A DNA stretch of 64,000 nucleotides from Elainellaceae cyanobacterium (GTDB taxonomy: Bacteria; Cyanobacteriota; Cyanobacteriia; CAKZMO01): positions 2,484 to 66,483 of the forward strand of contig JBHJHJ010000003.1 of assembly GCA_050330955.1 (NCBI GenBank), given 5' to 3'. Shown piece by piece: positions 1 through 10,900 of the stretch (its first letter is position 1; each line of letters begins with the position of its first letter). A program made the translations under genes and the position numbers. A model generated the notes under the pieces. The model had not been told where the DNA came from and did no database searches. It worked only from the letters and a program-made list of their open reading frames with translations.

Positions 1-121
1 GCGGAGTCGCCGGTTTTATATCAAATGCAATTTAATTCGTAGGGGCCACATCTGTAGGGGCATACAGCCGTATGCTCTTCTAGCATCAAAGGCCATAGAA
101 CCCTGCCGAAATCAGACCCCA

Positions 122-811
122 TCACGACGACATCACCGGCACCGCAGCGACAGAATCAGCATCCTCACCCATCGAATCGCTCTTAGCCGCACGGGCAGCG
201 CGGTGCTCAATTTCAGCCAGCTTACCGTGGACATGACCGTTACCATTGCGGGGCTGCAGCAGGCCATAGCCACCGTGGTTGCGCTCATAGATCACGTTGA
301 TTTCGCCAGTGCTGGCGTTGCGAAACATATAAAAATCATGCCCCACAAGCTGGAGCTGTTCCAGCGCTTCTTCAACGGCCATCGGCGGCATGGCAAAATA
401 CTTGGTGCGCACCACCTCCTGAGGCAGTTCCGGGGCACGCTCTTTTAGCAGTGTGGGCTCGACAGGCGCTTTGGCGATCGCCTCAGCAGTTTTGACAGGA
501 GTATGGGCTTTATCCTGGCGCTTCTCCTTGAACCGGCGCATCTGCCGCGCAATCTTGTTGGCGACAAGGTCAATGCTGGCATACAGGTTCTCGCTGCACT
601 CCTCCGCCCGCACCACAGCGCCACTGGCATAGACAGTAACCTCGGCGGCGTGCTTTGCGCTGATGCGAGGATTCCGCGCCACCGAGAGGTGCACATCTAC
701 CTCCATTGCTGCAGTTTGAAAGCGACTAACGGCTTTGACGATTTTCTGCTGCACGTAATCGTGAATTGCAGGCGTGACGTCAATGTTCTTACCTTGGATA
801 ACAAGCTTCAT
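122..811 (-). CDS. hpf: Ribosome hibernation promoting factor, long form (LrtA/HPF)
   Basis: N-terminal YfiA/S30AE-type domain ([24 protein letters not shown]...) plus the C-terminal extension typical of long HPF (..[28 protein letters not shown]..). GGGAGG lies 7 nt upstream of the ATG at 811, so the ORF-track start at 847 is probably 12 codons too early. Confidence 0.85.
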   Translation of the reverse strand: MKLVIQGKNIDVTPAIHDYVQQKIVKAVSRFQTAAMEVDVHLSVARNPRISAKHAAEVTVYASGAVVRAEECSENLYASIDLVANKIARQMRRFKEKRQDKAHTPVKTAEAIAKAPVEPTLLKERAPELPQEVVRTKYFAMPPMAVEEALEQLQLVGHDFYMFRNASTGEINVIYERNHGGYGLLQPRNGNGHVHGKLAEIEHRAARAAKSDSMGEDADSVAAVPVMSS

Positions 812-965
812 ACAAGCTGCCTCCCATACACATATTTGGATGTCCATAGGTTAGCCTGAGATGTGTTCTAGGCGACACTGCAGTTTAAACTGCGTTGCAT
901 CTCTTGAAGATTCTTGACATCCGCCCGCCTGTAGATTTACGGCCTGAGATTTACAGGTTGAGACC

Positions 966-1766
966 CTAATCGATGCTGATGCGCGTGGGGCTATCGCCCG
1001 CAGCCGGGGGCGTCTGGGTCATCATGGGGCCTGCCACGCGGTAGTCGGCATAGAGGCGATCGCGCCAGTCAAAGAAAGGGGCGTAGGCCGGGTTGTCGGC
1101 AATGCCGGGGACGCCGCGTCCCTGCAGCGAGGCCGGGATGTCGACATAGGCCGCAGCAGGGAACTTGACGTACATCGTTAGGGCAGCCACTGAGAAGTCC
1201 GCTAGGGTGGGCTCGTCCCCAATCAGGTAGGGGCGATCGCGCAGCAGGAGAGTCAGGGCCTCTAAACTGCGCTCCACATCTACCCGCGCCGCTTTGACCA
1301 CGTCCGGGCCCAGGCCAAGGCTGCTGCCCACAATATCCAAAGCTTCGCGGGGCACCGCACCCACCAAACCTTTGAGGAAGTCTGGGGTCTGGGGCGGCAG
1401 CAGCGCCGTGCGGAGGTCTGGGTTTTGCCCAAAGGCGCCCAGCATGACTTTGCGGGCGTTGAGGCCGATGGAGTCGTCCGCCCAGGCCTCAAGTGCCAAA
1501 CAGTAGCCCCGCTGAACGGGGTCAGTGGGGATGAGGGAGCGATCGGGATAGGCGCCCTCTAGGTAAAATGCAATCCCAGTAGAATCAGCGATCGCTTCAG
1601 CCCCATCCTGCAGCACCGGGACCTGTCGCTGTCCCGACAGGCGATAGACATCAAGCTGGCCGATGCCCGGCGTCACTTCTTTCTTCTGGTACGTTAGTCC
1701 TTTGTAGTCCAGCAGAAAGCGGACCTTCTCGCAGTAGTGCGACATCTCAAACTGATACAGTTCCAT
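966..1766 (-). CDS. Glutathione S-transferase family protein
   Basis: N-terminal thioredoxin-like GST fold (MELYQFEMSHYCEKVRFLLDYKGLTYQ.. PVLQDG) followed by an alpha-helical C-terminal domain. Confidence 0.65.
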   Translation of the reverse strand: MELYQFEMSHYCEKVRFLLDYKGLTYQKKEVTPGIGQLDVYRLSGQRQVPVLQDGAEAIADSTGIAFYLEGAYPDRSLIPTDPVQRGYCLALEAWADDSIGLNARKVMLGAFGQNPDLRTALLPPQTPDFLKGLVGAVPREALDIVGSSLGLGPDVVKAARVDVERSLEALTLLLRDRPYLIGDEPTLADFSVAALTMYVKFPAAAYVDIPASLQGRGVPGIADNPAYAPFFDWRDRLYADYRVAGPMMTQTPPAAGDSPTRISID

Positions 1767-1954
1767 AGCGTTTCCTCAGCCTTTCCTCGAATGATTGCGT
1801 GAGCCGCTCTTAGGCCCTTTTGAGTCTGCCATACTCCAGGCAGCGCTGCTGAGACCATAAGGCGTAACTCATTCCTCAAAGTTGATGTACTCAAGCGGGG
1901 TTCAAATCAATGGATTGGCTCAGTTTTATTGCTGACGTTTCGCTATGATGACTC

Positions 1955-2872
1955 ATGTTGTTCTCTAAGCGTGGTGTGTCCGTGACTGGAATCCTCCAAA
2001 CCGTTGAAGAGGCGCTGCTGAATATGGTTCGGGACGGTGTTGCAACACTTCCTGCACTCATAGCAGCGATCGCCATCATTATAATTACGTCGTTTGTCGT
2101 CAGACCCATTCGTAGGGTGGCTGGGGCAACTGCTGACCGACTCTTTAACAGTGACTCGCTGCGCTCTTTGGTCAATCAGATGACCACGGTAGCCGTTTGG
2201 GTACTCGGCATACTGATAGCCGGGGCGGTGCTGTTTCCGGGCCTAGAGCCAGGGGACTTGCTGGGCTTGCTGGGCTTGAGTTCCGTTGCCATTGGCTTCG
2301 CCTTTCAGGACATTTTTAAGAATTTTCTGGCGGGGATTTTGCTGCTGCTCAACCAGCCCTTTCAGCTCAACGATCAAATCGTTGTCTCAGACTACGAGGG
2401 AACGGTCGAGGAAATCACCATTCGCTCCACCCACATTCGCACCTACCAGGGAGAGCAAATCGTCATCCCTAACTCTATCGTATTCACCAGCCCGATTACG
2501 GTATTGACCCACCGGGACTTCCGCCGCACCGATTTAGCGATTGGTCTTGACTATAATACGCCGCTGCCCAGAGCGCGTCAGGTTCTCCTGATGGCCCTCG
2601 CAGATATCGATGGCGTGCTCTCCCAGCCCTCAACAGAAGTAGATTTGGTGGGTTTTGGGGATAGCGCCATCGATTTTATTGTGCGCTACTGGACCCGTCC
2701 GGAAAAAGTTCACGTCAGACAGACCCAGAGCAGGGTGATCTTAGCGCTGAAGCAGGCTTGTGACGACGCCGACTTCAACATTCCCTATCCCATTCGAACG
2801 GTCTATCACTTTGACCAGGAAAAGTTTAGCGACTACTTCGAGGTGGCTCGGTCAGACGCGAACGGAGGCTAA
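1955..2872 (+). CDS. Small-conductance mechanosensitive channel (MscS family)
   Basis: N-terminal TM helices, then the MscS beta-domain signature (LNDQIVVSDYEGTVEEITIRSTHIRTYQGEQIVIPNSIVFTSPITV). The exact start is uncertain. Confidence 0.75.
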   Translation: MLFSKRGVSVTGILQTVEEALLNMVRDGVATLPALIAAIAIIIITSFVVRPIRRVAGATADRLFNSDSLRSLVNQMTTVAVWVLGILIAGAVLFPGLEPGDLLGLLGLSSVAIGFAFQDIFKNFLAGILLLLNQPFQLNDQIVVSDYEGTVEEITIRSTHIRTYQGEQIVIPNSIVFTSPITVLTHRDFRRTDLAIGLDYNTPLPRARQVLLMALADIDGVLSQPSTEVDLVGFGDSAIDFIVRYWTRPEKVHVRQTQSRVILALKQACDDADFNIPYPIRTVYHFDQEKFSDYFEVARSDANGG

Positions 2873-3057
2873 GAACCCATGTCTCAGGTTCAGCTCAGCC
2901 ATGCTGGCTAAATTTTTGGTAAAGTCATGGCGGACTAATAGGATTTTCCTTGATATGAAGCGAAAAGCCTGGGAGTATATGTTTTGTTGAGCCCGTATAA
3001 GGTAGATGAACTACGACTTGGACGCAGCGCTGATGAAGCGGAGCATCTAGGTAAACC

Positions 3058-5802
3058 GTGAGGAGTGCAACTTTGGTCGACGTGCGTTCTATATTGAATT
3101 CTGCTAAATCCGTTGGCAGGCTGCGTCAACGGACCCTGCTGTCTGCGTTCGGCCTGGTTGTGACGACGGCAGGCCTATTAGGGTTAGCTGATTCAGCAGG
3201 GGTTACGCTCCCAACTGCGATCGCCCCAGCCCATGCACTCACGCCTCGCTCCGACGGGTCGGTGCTGGTTCTGCAGTCAGATTCTGGGGAGCCGCTGTCC
3301 GAGGCCTGGCTGGCTGAGCGCTTTGGCTCTGCTGGCGTTAACTATCATCTCATTCGTTGGTCAGACCTCGCTACTGGAGGTGATTTAGGCGACGCATCAT
3401 TCACCCCAGAGACTGCTGCTGGCAGCGAGCCTCCTATTCTATTTCTCCTCAACGCCGAGATGATGTCTCGGCAGCAGATAGGGCTGCTGCGCCGCTTCCT
3501 AGACAGAGGTGGACGGCTCGTGGTTGCGGGGCGTATCGGTTTGGCCTCTTCCGATGCTATTCAGCAGGAGCTGCGATCGCTGCTGGGGGCCTACTGGGCG
3601 TTTCCGCTGCTAGAGCCCGCCCGTGTGGCGCCCGCTGCAGAGAGCGTGCCTAGTAGTGAACACGCGTTGATGGGCGGGGTCGTCGTGCCCCATGGTACCA
3701 ATAGCCAAGTCCTAGCGACCTGGACAGATAGCGCCGGTTCTCAAGATTCGCCAGCCGTTGTCAGAACGGGTCAGGTGCTGTTTTTAGGGTGGGACTGGGG
3801 CGCAGAGACTGACCTACGAATGGACAGCGCTTGGCTTCAGGCATCGGTTCTGCAGTTTGACCATAGCTTTGCTGTCGGGGGACCTGTAGACGATTCCAGC
3901 GATGAGGCTCACGGTACTGAATCAGCGCTTCAGGCTGCTACATCTCAAAGGACAAGATCCGCTCTGTCTGCCCAGGCCCCAAGTGACCAGGCCGCAAATC
4001 AGGAGGTCGTGCAGGAATCAGCGCCTGCGGCTCTTCCTATTTGGCCCCGTGAAGCGAACCTCATGACCCAGGAGCTAGAGAGCCTGATGGGTCGATTCGA
4101 AAGCGCGCTCTTGCTGGCTGAATCAATGGCGCCCTCGCTCAATGCCCAAACCAATGACTCAGTGCTAGTGGCATCGGCGGATTCAATTCAAATTACTGAA
4201 CGCGATGAGCCATCGGCGCTTGACAGACAATATTCTCTTCTAGATCAAGTACAGCGCACGCTAGACGAATTTCCGACGCTGGTGGCCCAGCAAGAGTACG
4301 GCGCTGCGCGTCAGGCTTGGTTTGAGGCCAGGCGCCTCCTGTGGGACAACTTTCCCACCGATAGGCCCGTGGCCCAGCCCGAGATCCGCGCCATCTGGCT
4401 CGACCGGGGGACGATTGTGGCGGCTGAGTCCCATGAGGGTCTGGCCCGTATCTTTGACCAAATTGCCCAGGCCGGCATCAACACCGTCTTCTTTGAAACT
4501 CTTAACGCAGGCTATCCCATCTATCCCAGTGAAGTTGCGCCACAGCGAAACCCGCTGATCTCAGAAGATTGGGATCCGCTGGCGTCTGCAGTAGAGCTAG
4601 CTCACGATCGCGACATCGAAATCCATGCCTGGGTGTGGGTATTCGCAACAGGAAATCAGCGGCACAACACATTGGTAGGCCAGCCATGGGACTATCTCGG
4701 TCCTGTGCTAGAACAGCACCCCAACTGGGCCAACGTAGATCAGCAGGGCAACCCGATTCCGCAGGGACAGACGAAGCCATTTCTAGATCCAGCCAACTCT
4801 GGGGTTCGGCGCTATCTGCTACGGCTCTTTGGCGAGATCCTGACCGAGTACGAGGTGGACGGCCTCCAGCTCGACTACATTCGCTATCCGTTTCAGGACC
4901 CCAGCGCGGGGCGCTCCTACGGCTACGGCACTTCCTCTCGCCGGGCCTTCAAGGCTCAGACCGGCGTTGACCCGGCGACCCTATCCCCCAGCGATCGCGT
5001 CCTGTGGGAGCAGTGGACTGATTTTCGCGTTGAGCAAGTGGATTCCTTTGTCTCGGCGGTCTCTCGCTTAATCGATCGTCGTCGCCCGGAGGCGATTTTA
5101 TCCGCAGCGGTGTTTCCCATGCCGGAGCACGAGCGCCGCCACAAAATCCAGCAGGGTTGGGAGCGCTGGGCCCGCGAGGGCAAAGTGGACATCATTGCCA
5201 CCATGAGCTACGCCATCGACACTCCCCAGCTTCAAGCGCTAGTGGACCCCTGGCTCGATTCCAGTCTGTCTCCAGCGTTGATCCTGCCGGCCATTCGCCT
5301 GCTCAATTTGCCCAATTCGCTGGCGCTGGACCAGATTCAGGCCCTGCGAGATCTGCCCGCTGGCGGGTATGCCCTATTCGCTGCCGAAAACCTGAACCAG
5401 AACGAGGCGCTGCAGCAGGTGTTCCAGCGGACCCAAGGTAGCATTGACGCGCCGGCAATTCCCTATCGAGAGCCCTTTGTAGCGGCGGTTGAGCGGTATG
5501 GGGTGCTGCAGCGAGAGTGGGATGTAGCCCTAGGAAACGGCAGGCTGTATATCGGTTCCCAGCAGCGGGAAGAATTTATGGAGCGGGCGATCGCCCTTGC
5601 TGATGAGCTAGAGGAGCTGTCGGAAGACCCTTCATCTAAAACCATAAGCGGGGCAAGACAAGAGCTCCAGAGCTTCCGCGCTCAGTTTAGCCAGTGGATG
5701 GCGCTGCAGGCTATTAACGGTCGTTATCGTGTTCAGACTTGGGAAAATCGGCTCGCAGCCATTGACAGTCTTTTAGCCTATGGGGAAGACCGTCTTGAGT
5801 AG
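3058..5802 (+). CDS. Large exported protein with a GHL10/DUF187-type glycoside-hydrolase-like domain
   Basis: GTG start and a hydrophobic N-terminal segment. The central/C-terminal TIM-barrel-like region carries motifs of the YngK/GHL10 family (GINTVFFETLNAGYPIYPS..; DIEIHAWVWVFATGN; LQLDYIRYP). Confidence 0.55.
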   Translation: MRSATLVDVRSILNSAKSVGRLRQRTLLSAFGLVVTTAGLLGLADSAGVTLPTAIAPAHALTPRSDGSVLVLQSDSGEPLSEAWLAERFGSAGVNYHLIRWSDLATGGDLGDASFTPETAAGSEPPILFLLNAEMMSRQQIGLLRRFLDRGGRLVVAGRIGLASSDAIQQELRSLLGAYWAFPLLEPARVAPAAESVPSSEHALMGGVVVPHGTNSQVLATWTDSAGSQDSPAVVRTGQVLFLGWDWGAETDLRMDSAWLQASVLQFDHSFAVGGPVDDSSDEAHGTESALQAATSQRTRSALSAQAPSDQAANQEVVQESAPAALPIWPREANLMTQELESLMGRFESALLLAESMAPSLNAQTNDSVLVASADSIQITERDEPSALDRQYSLLDQVQRTLDEFPTLVAQQEYGAARQAWFEARRLLWDNFPTDRPVAQPEIRAIWLDRGTIVAAESHEGLARIFDQIAQAGINTVFFETLNAGYPIYPSEVAPQRNPLISEDWDPLASAVELAHDRDIEIHAWVWVFATGNQRHNTLVGQPWDYLGPVLEQHPNWANVDQQGNPIPQGQTKPFLDPANSGVRRYLLRLFGEILTEYEVDGLQLDYIRYPFQDPSAGRSYGYGTSSRRAFKAQTGVDPATLSPSDRVLWEQWTDFRVEQVDSFVSAVSRLIDRRRPEAILSAAVFPMPEHERRHKIQQGWERWAREGKVDIIATMSYAIDTPQLQALVDPWLDSSLSPALILPAIRLLNLPNSLALDQIQALRDLPAGGYALFAAENLNQNEALQQVFQRTQGSIDAPAIPYREPFVAAVERYGVLQREWDVALGNGRLYIGSQQREEFMERAIALADELEELSEDPSSKTISGARQELQSFRAQFSQWMALQAINGRYRVQTWENRLAAIDSLLAYGEDRLE

Positions 5803-5830
5803 TAGGGGCACATAGCTGTGCGCCCCTACT
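5802..5830 (+). terminator. Stem-loop just after the stop of the 3058-5802 gene
   Basis: Inverted repeat GTAGGGGCACA..TGTGCGCCCCTAC with no clear U-tract, which is common in cyanobacteria. Confidence 0.35.
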
Positions 5831-5862
5831 AGAAGCTAAATTGGCGATGCTAAACAATAAGC

Positions 5863-6021
5863 TTAAAGCGCCTGACGTCTTGCCCGGACGTTGGGGTAGG
5901 GCGTGCCCTCAAACGGCTGAAACCCAACCGCTGGGTAAACCCCGTCATCAGGGCTGAACAGACGCAGTACCCCTTCCCAAACAAACTGCAGTGCGCGCTG
6001 TAGGCTATCGACAATGTTCAT
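5863..6021 (-). CDS. Small hypothetical protein (52 aa), missed by the 60-aa ORF cutoff
   Basis: Hand translation of the minus strand gives ATG..TAA: MNIVDSLQRALQFVWEGVLRLFSPDDGVYPAVGFQPFEGTPYPNVRARRQAL. Codon usage is GC3-rich like the neighbouring genes and it sits in an otherwise empty 350-bp gap. Confidence 0.3.
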   Translation of the reverse strand: MNIVDSLQRALQFVWEGVLRLFSPDDGVYPAVGFQPFEGTPYPNVRARRQAL

Positions 6022-6156
6022 GACGTTTCTCCTATTTTGAGCCGCTGCGAGGTGCTCTCGCGTGAGCTGATTTATCTAATCTTTACTGACTTCACCGGAA
6101 TTTTCCTTTAATTTTTATGCATGGCCTTTACCGTACTTAATGAAGCTTGAACAGCC

Positions 6157-7227
6157 ATGTCGCCCATTGTCTATATCGCGATTACAGACCACGGCTTTGG
6201 CCATGCGACCCGAATGGCTGCTGTTGCAGCGGAGATCCAGCGCCTAAAGCCCGACGTCACCCTGATTTTGGCAACCACTGCCCCCCGATGGCTGCTGGAA
6301 TCTTATATCACCGGAGACTTCATCCATCGTCCTAGAGGGTTTGATGTGGGGGTGGTGCAGAGCGACAGCGTCACTATGGATAAGCCCGCCACCTTGGCTA
6401 AGCTCCAGCAGATTCGCGATCGCCAAGCGGCTGTAGTCGCCAGCGAGGCCGGATTTCTAAAGCAAAATCGCGTCAGCTTAGTTCTAGCCGACATTCCGCC
6501 CCTAGCTGCACCCATTGCTCAGCGGGCCGGGGTGCCCTGCTGGATGGTGAGCAACTTCGGCTGGGATTTCATCTACCGCGCTTGGGGCGGTGAGTTCACT
6601 GCGATCGCCGACTGGATTGCCGATTGCTTTGGCCAGTGCGATCGCCTCTTCCGCTTGCCGTTTCATGAGTCTATGTCCGCCTTTCCACTCATGGAAGATG
6701 TAGGCCTCACAGGAGGCACGCCCCGCTGGTCTGAACCTGAGCTTCGCCAGCGCTTTGACCTTAATCCCGCAGCGGAGAAGACCGTGCTGCTGACCTTTGG
6801 CGGACTGGGGCTGGCCCAAATTCCCTATGACGGCCTACAGCGCTTTGAGGGCTGGCAGTTCATTACTTTCGACCGCACCGCCCCAGACCTGCCCAACCTG
6901 CTCAAGGTCATAGACCGGGGATATCGCCCGGTGGACATGATGCCGCTGTGCGACTGCATCGTGGGCAAGCCCGGCTACAGCACTTTTTCGGAAGCCTGTT
7001 TAAACGATGTCCCAATTATTTCCATCACTCGGGATGGCTTTGCCGAGGCCCCCATTTTGATCGAGGGCATTAAGCAGGTGTCCTATCACCACATTATCTC
7101 TCCTGAGCATCTCATGGACGGAAGCTGGAGCTTTTTAGAGGAGTCGCTGATGCCGCCAGCAACGCAGATTGTTCTGCCCAAAACGGGGAACCAAGCGATC
7201 GCTCAGGCTGTCGTTGAAGCCTGCTAA
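6157..7227 (+). CDS. GT-B fold glycosyltransferase (MGT/GT1-GT28-like)
   Basis: N-terminal ITDHGFGHATR motif, and C-terminal GxPGYSTFSE / nucleotide-sugar-binding-like region. Confidence 0.55.
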   Translation: MSPIVYIAITDHGFGHATRMAAVAAEIQRLKPDVTLILATTAPRWLLESYITGDFIHRPRGFDVGVVQSDSVTMDKPATLAKLQQIRDRQAAVVASEAGFLKQNRVSLVLADIPPLAAPIAQRAGVPCWMVSNFGWDFIYRAWGGEFTAIADWIADCFGQCDRLFRLPFHESMSAFPLMEDVGLTGGTPRWSEPELRQRFDLNPAAEKTVLLTFGGLGLAQIPYDGLQRFEGWQFITFDRTAPDLPNLLKVIDRGYRPVDMMPLCDCIVGKPGYSTFSEACLNDVPIISITRDGFAEAPILIEGIKQVSYHHIISPEHLMDGSWSFLEESLMPPATQIVLPKTGNQAIAQAVVEAC

Positions 7228-7942
7228 TAAGTTGCTAAAGCAGGCGATCGCAAATCGCTTGAGTATCAAGAGCCGATGAAGATTGGCTAAACCGGAACGT
7301 AACTCAGGTCACTTCGGAGCACATGGTAGCTTTACATACTTGCAGCCATGCGTGAAATATGTAAGGGTGTGGGCAAGTACGAACAATCAATATTTTTTGA
7401 TTCAGCTTGATGGGGCTTGAGTTGAAAAGGGTCGTTTACCTGCACATTTAGTCGCCCTGTATCACTAGCCTCCCAAAGGAGCTTTAAAGAAAGAAGGCTT
7501 TCAGAGAAATTACACGCGAAATACATCCCTCTGGAAACATAATCTGAAACGCCGCGTCAATCAACTCGTTACAACATTCAAAATATTCCCGTCAAACGTT
7601 TATGAAGCCATGGAGCAGAGCTGTAGAACTGCGTAAGCCTGCATGCTGCACCTTTGCGCAATGAGCTATGTTGTTCGACGTATGGTGAATGACTTTACTC
7701 TTTAAAACGCCAATAGATGTCCATGGCTTGCCTATAAGTTTTCCGGGAAGAAAGTTTTGCGATACATCATCTAATTAGCGGTTCATTCTACGACCTCTCT
7801 AACAGACGAGTGCGAAAGGAGTAGATTGTACTATTTACAGAATGATGTTTTGTGGTGCCTACCTGACAGACGATTCCAACTTCTATCAGTCTATGAACGA
7901 CTGAATATTTGTCTGTGCACCAACTCATCAGGAATTTAATTC

Positions 7943-10900
7943 ATGCTAGAAACTACAAGTAATCTTCAGTCAACTGGAACAAATATGGCAATGCATAGCT
8001 CAGACATGAACGGTACTCAAACTGTGCTTTGGTCTGATGCTAGCGAGTGGCTGGGCTTTACACCCAAAGATGGAGACGACGTTACGATTCCAACGGGGCT
8101 AAAGGTAATCCTTGATCAAGACACACCAGAGCTTGGAACACTCGCAATAAATGGTATTTTAGAGTTTGATCAAAAAGACCTTAAATTGACGGCTGACAAC
8201 GTGCTCGTTTTTGGTGAAATGGCAGCGGGCAGTGAAGAAAACCCGCACACTCACAAAACAGAAATCGTTCTCACAGGTAAATCGACCGATCCAGACGTAG
8301 TACTGGCCGATTGGATGGGTGAAGGCCATGGCATGCACGACAGCATGGACGGTGGTGAACACGCTAACCACATGACCAGTCCCATCAATAACAAGGCAGT
8401 TATTGTTGCCCCTGGCGGTAAGCTAAATTTGCACGGCGCTGAGGTAGATAGCTGGACTCAGCTGGATTCTACTGCGAATGCTGGCGATACGTCGATTACT
8501 CTTGCCGAAATCCCCGCAGGTTGGAACGTGGGAGATGCGATCGCCATTGCCCCAACTGATTTCAGCGTCTTCGAAGTTGAAGAACGGACTATCGCAAAAA
8601 TTGAGGGCTCTACTGTATTCTTTGAAGAGCCTCTAGAGTATCGTCACTATGGTGAGCAACAAGATTTAGGAAACGGCAAAGTGCTTGACATGCGGGCAGA
8701 GGTAACAAACCTCACCCGAAACATCAGCATCACTGGCTCTGACGAAGGCGAAAGTCAAATTCTAGACACTCAAAGCGAGCATCCAGACTACTATGCCCGC
8801 GCTGGCTATGGCGGCCATACAGTGTATTTAACAGGCGCAGAGGTAAAGATTGATGGTGTTGAATTCAACGGTCTAGGAAATTCAGGGGAATTAGGCAATT
8901 ACCCTGTACACTTCCATCACACAGGCGATGCCAGTGGCTCCTATGTCAAAAACTCATCGGTTCACCATACATTCCAGCGTGGCTTAGTCGTTCATCGGGC
9001 AGACAACCTACTGATTGAAGGCAATACGATCTTCGAAACGATGAGCCACAGCTACTACATTGAAGACGGGGTAGAAACGGGCAATCGATTTGTCGATAAT
9101 TTAGCCATGATGCCGCGTATGACGGCTGAGGCTTTTCGGATTGACAGCGAAAAGAAATCCCCAGAGCGCCCGACGGGCTTTTGGATTACTAACCAAACTA
9201 ATGCTTTTGAGGGGAATCACGCCGTAGGCATTCGAGGGGGCCAAGGCTTCTGGTTTAACGATCCCGACAAAGTTTCGGGCACAGGATTAGCAAGGAAAAA
9301 AGATACGCCGCTGCTTCAGTTTGAGGGAAACACAGCTCATACAATCAATTTCGACCGAGTTGAAGGCTTGGGCTATCCTCCTAAGTGGACAGGAATTGCA
9401 CTTGATATCGGTAAATCGTTCGATAATCATCCAGATAGTGCACCCATCAAAGACTTCACTGCCTGGAAAATCGGAAACATGGGAATTACGATTGGCCACG
9501 GAGATGAAGTAGATATCGAGAATCCGATAATCGCAGAAACGAGGGTATTTCTTCACACCAAGGACGGCGATCCTCTAAAGATTGTCGAGCCAACTTTTGT
9601 CGCCGAAACAGAAAATACTGTTGAGGGACGTGACATTCGCAGTATATTTCCCAATCACCCTAAGCCGGTCATGGTGGAAGCTGCACGACCCACTGAATTG
9701 GTTGACGCTACCATCATCGGCGCAGATCAACTGGTTGAGTCTTCATCGAGACCCAAGCATGAGGGTAATCTAACTGTCACGCTTGCTGAGAGTAATGGCA
9801 CCTCAGAGGAAACCGTAGAAGAGAGCGATACGGCTGAGCCTGCTGACGATGCGGCTGAAAGTCCACAGGATGCCACTTCACTCGATCTCGATAACGAGGA
9901 TATGGCTGCGGACAATGGCGGCGAGATGCAACCCGAGGAGGATTTTGCGTCAGAGATACCCAATTTAGAAACATCAAGCCCCGAAATGCCGTCTTCAGAA
10001 TCCGATAATCCAACAGGAGAAAATGGTTTGATGAAATTTTATCTTATCAATGCTGAGACAAATCAACTCATTAAACCGCTAACTTCGGGCGAGAGTGTTG
10101 ACCCAAATGCGATCGCAGCAAAAGAATTTTCTATCGTTGCAGAGCCCGACGCCGGTGTCTTTAACCAAGTCGGGAGCATCAAATTTTTCCTTAACGGTAA
10201 GGCGGTCAAAACGGAAAATACGCCTCCATATGCCCTGTTCGGCGATAGGAGTGGAGACTTTCATGGAGAGGCGTTCGAAGATGGCGCTTTTACTCTTGAA
10301 GTAGAAGCCTACAGTGGTCCAGACGGGACTGGTGATAAGCTTGTTGCTGCTGAGTTAACTTACGATGTAGCTGTAGGCACACCAGATACTACCGCACCAG
10401 ATTCAGGTAACACGGCGGTAGACACTGACGGCAGTGACCAACCTACTGAAAATCCTGAGCCAGAGGCGCCCAACACTGACGGCGATGCGGTTACAGACGA
10501 AAGCGCTGAGCCGACAGAGGGCGATGTGGATGGCAGCGTGGATATGCCCACCCAGACTGACGGTGAAGCAGGTGGTGCAACCGACGGCGCTGACGATTCG
10601 CCTACTGATGGTTCGCCTACTTCCGAGGTACCTGCTGAACCAGATACCTCAGGGTCAGAATCTGGTGGCGGTTTGAAGCTTTACCTGGTAGATGCCGGCA
10701 CAGATGAAATCATTGAAGAGCTAACCTCTGGCAAGTCCATCGACGCCGATACCACTGGTGCAGACGAGTTTTCCATCATTGCCGTCCCAGACAGCAGCCA
10801 GGTTGAGAGCGTAAAATTCTTCCTCAATGGTCAGGAAGTTAGGACTGAGAATACCCCTCCCTATGCGCTTTTTGGAGATACCGACGGAAACTTCCGTGGG

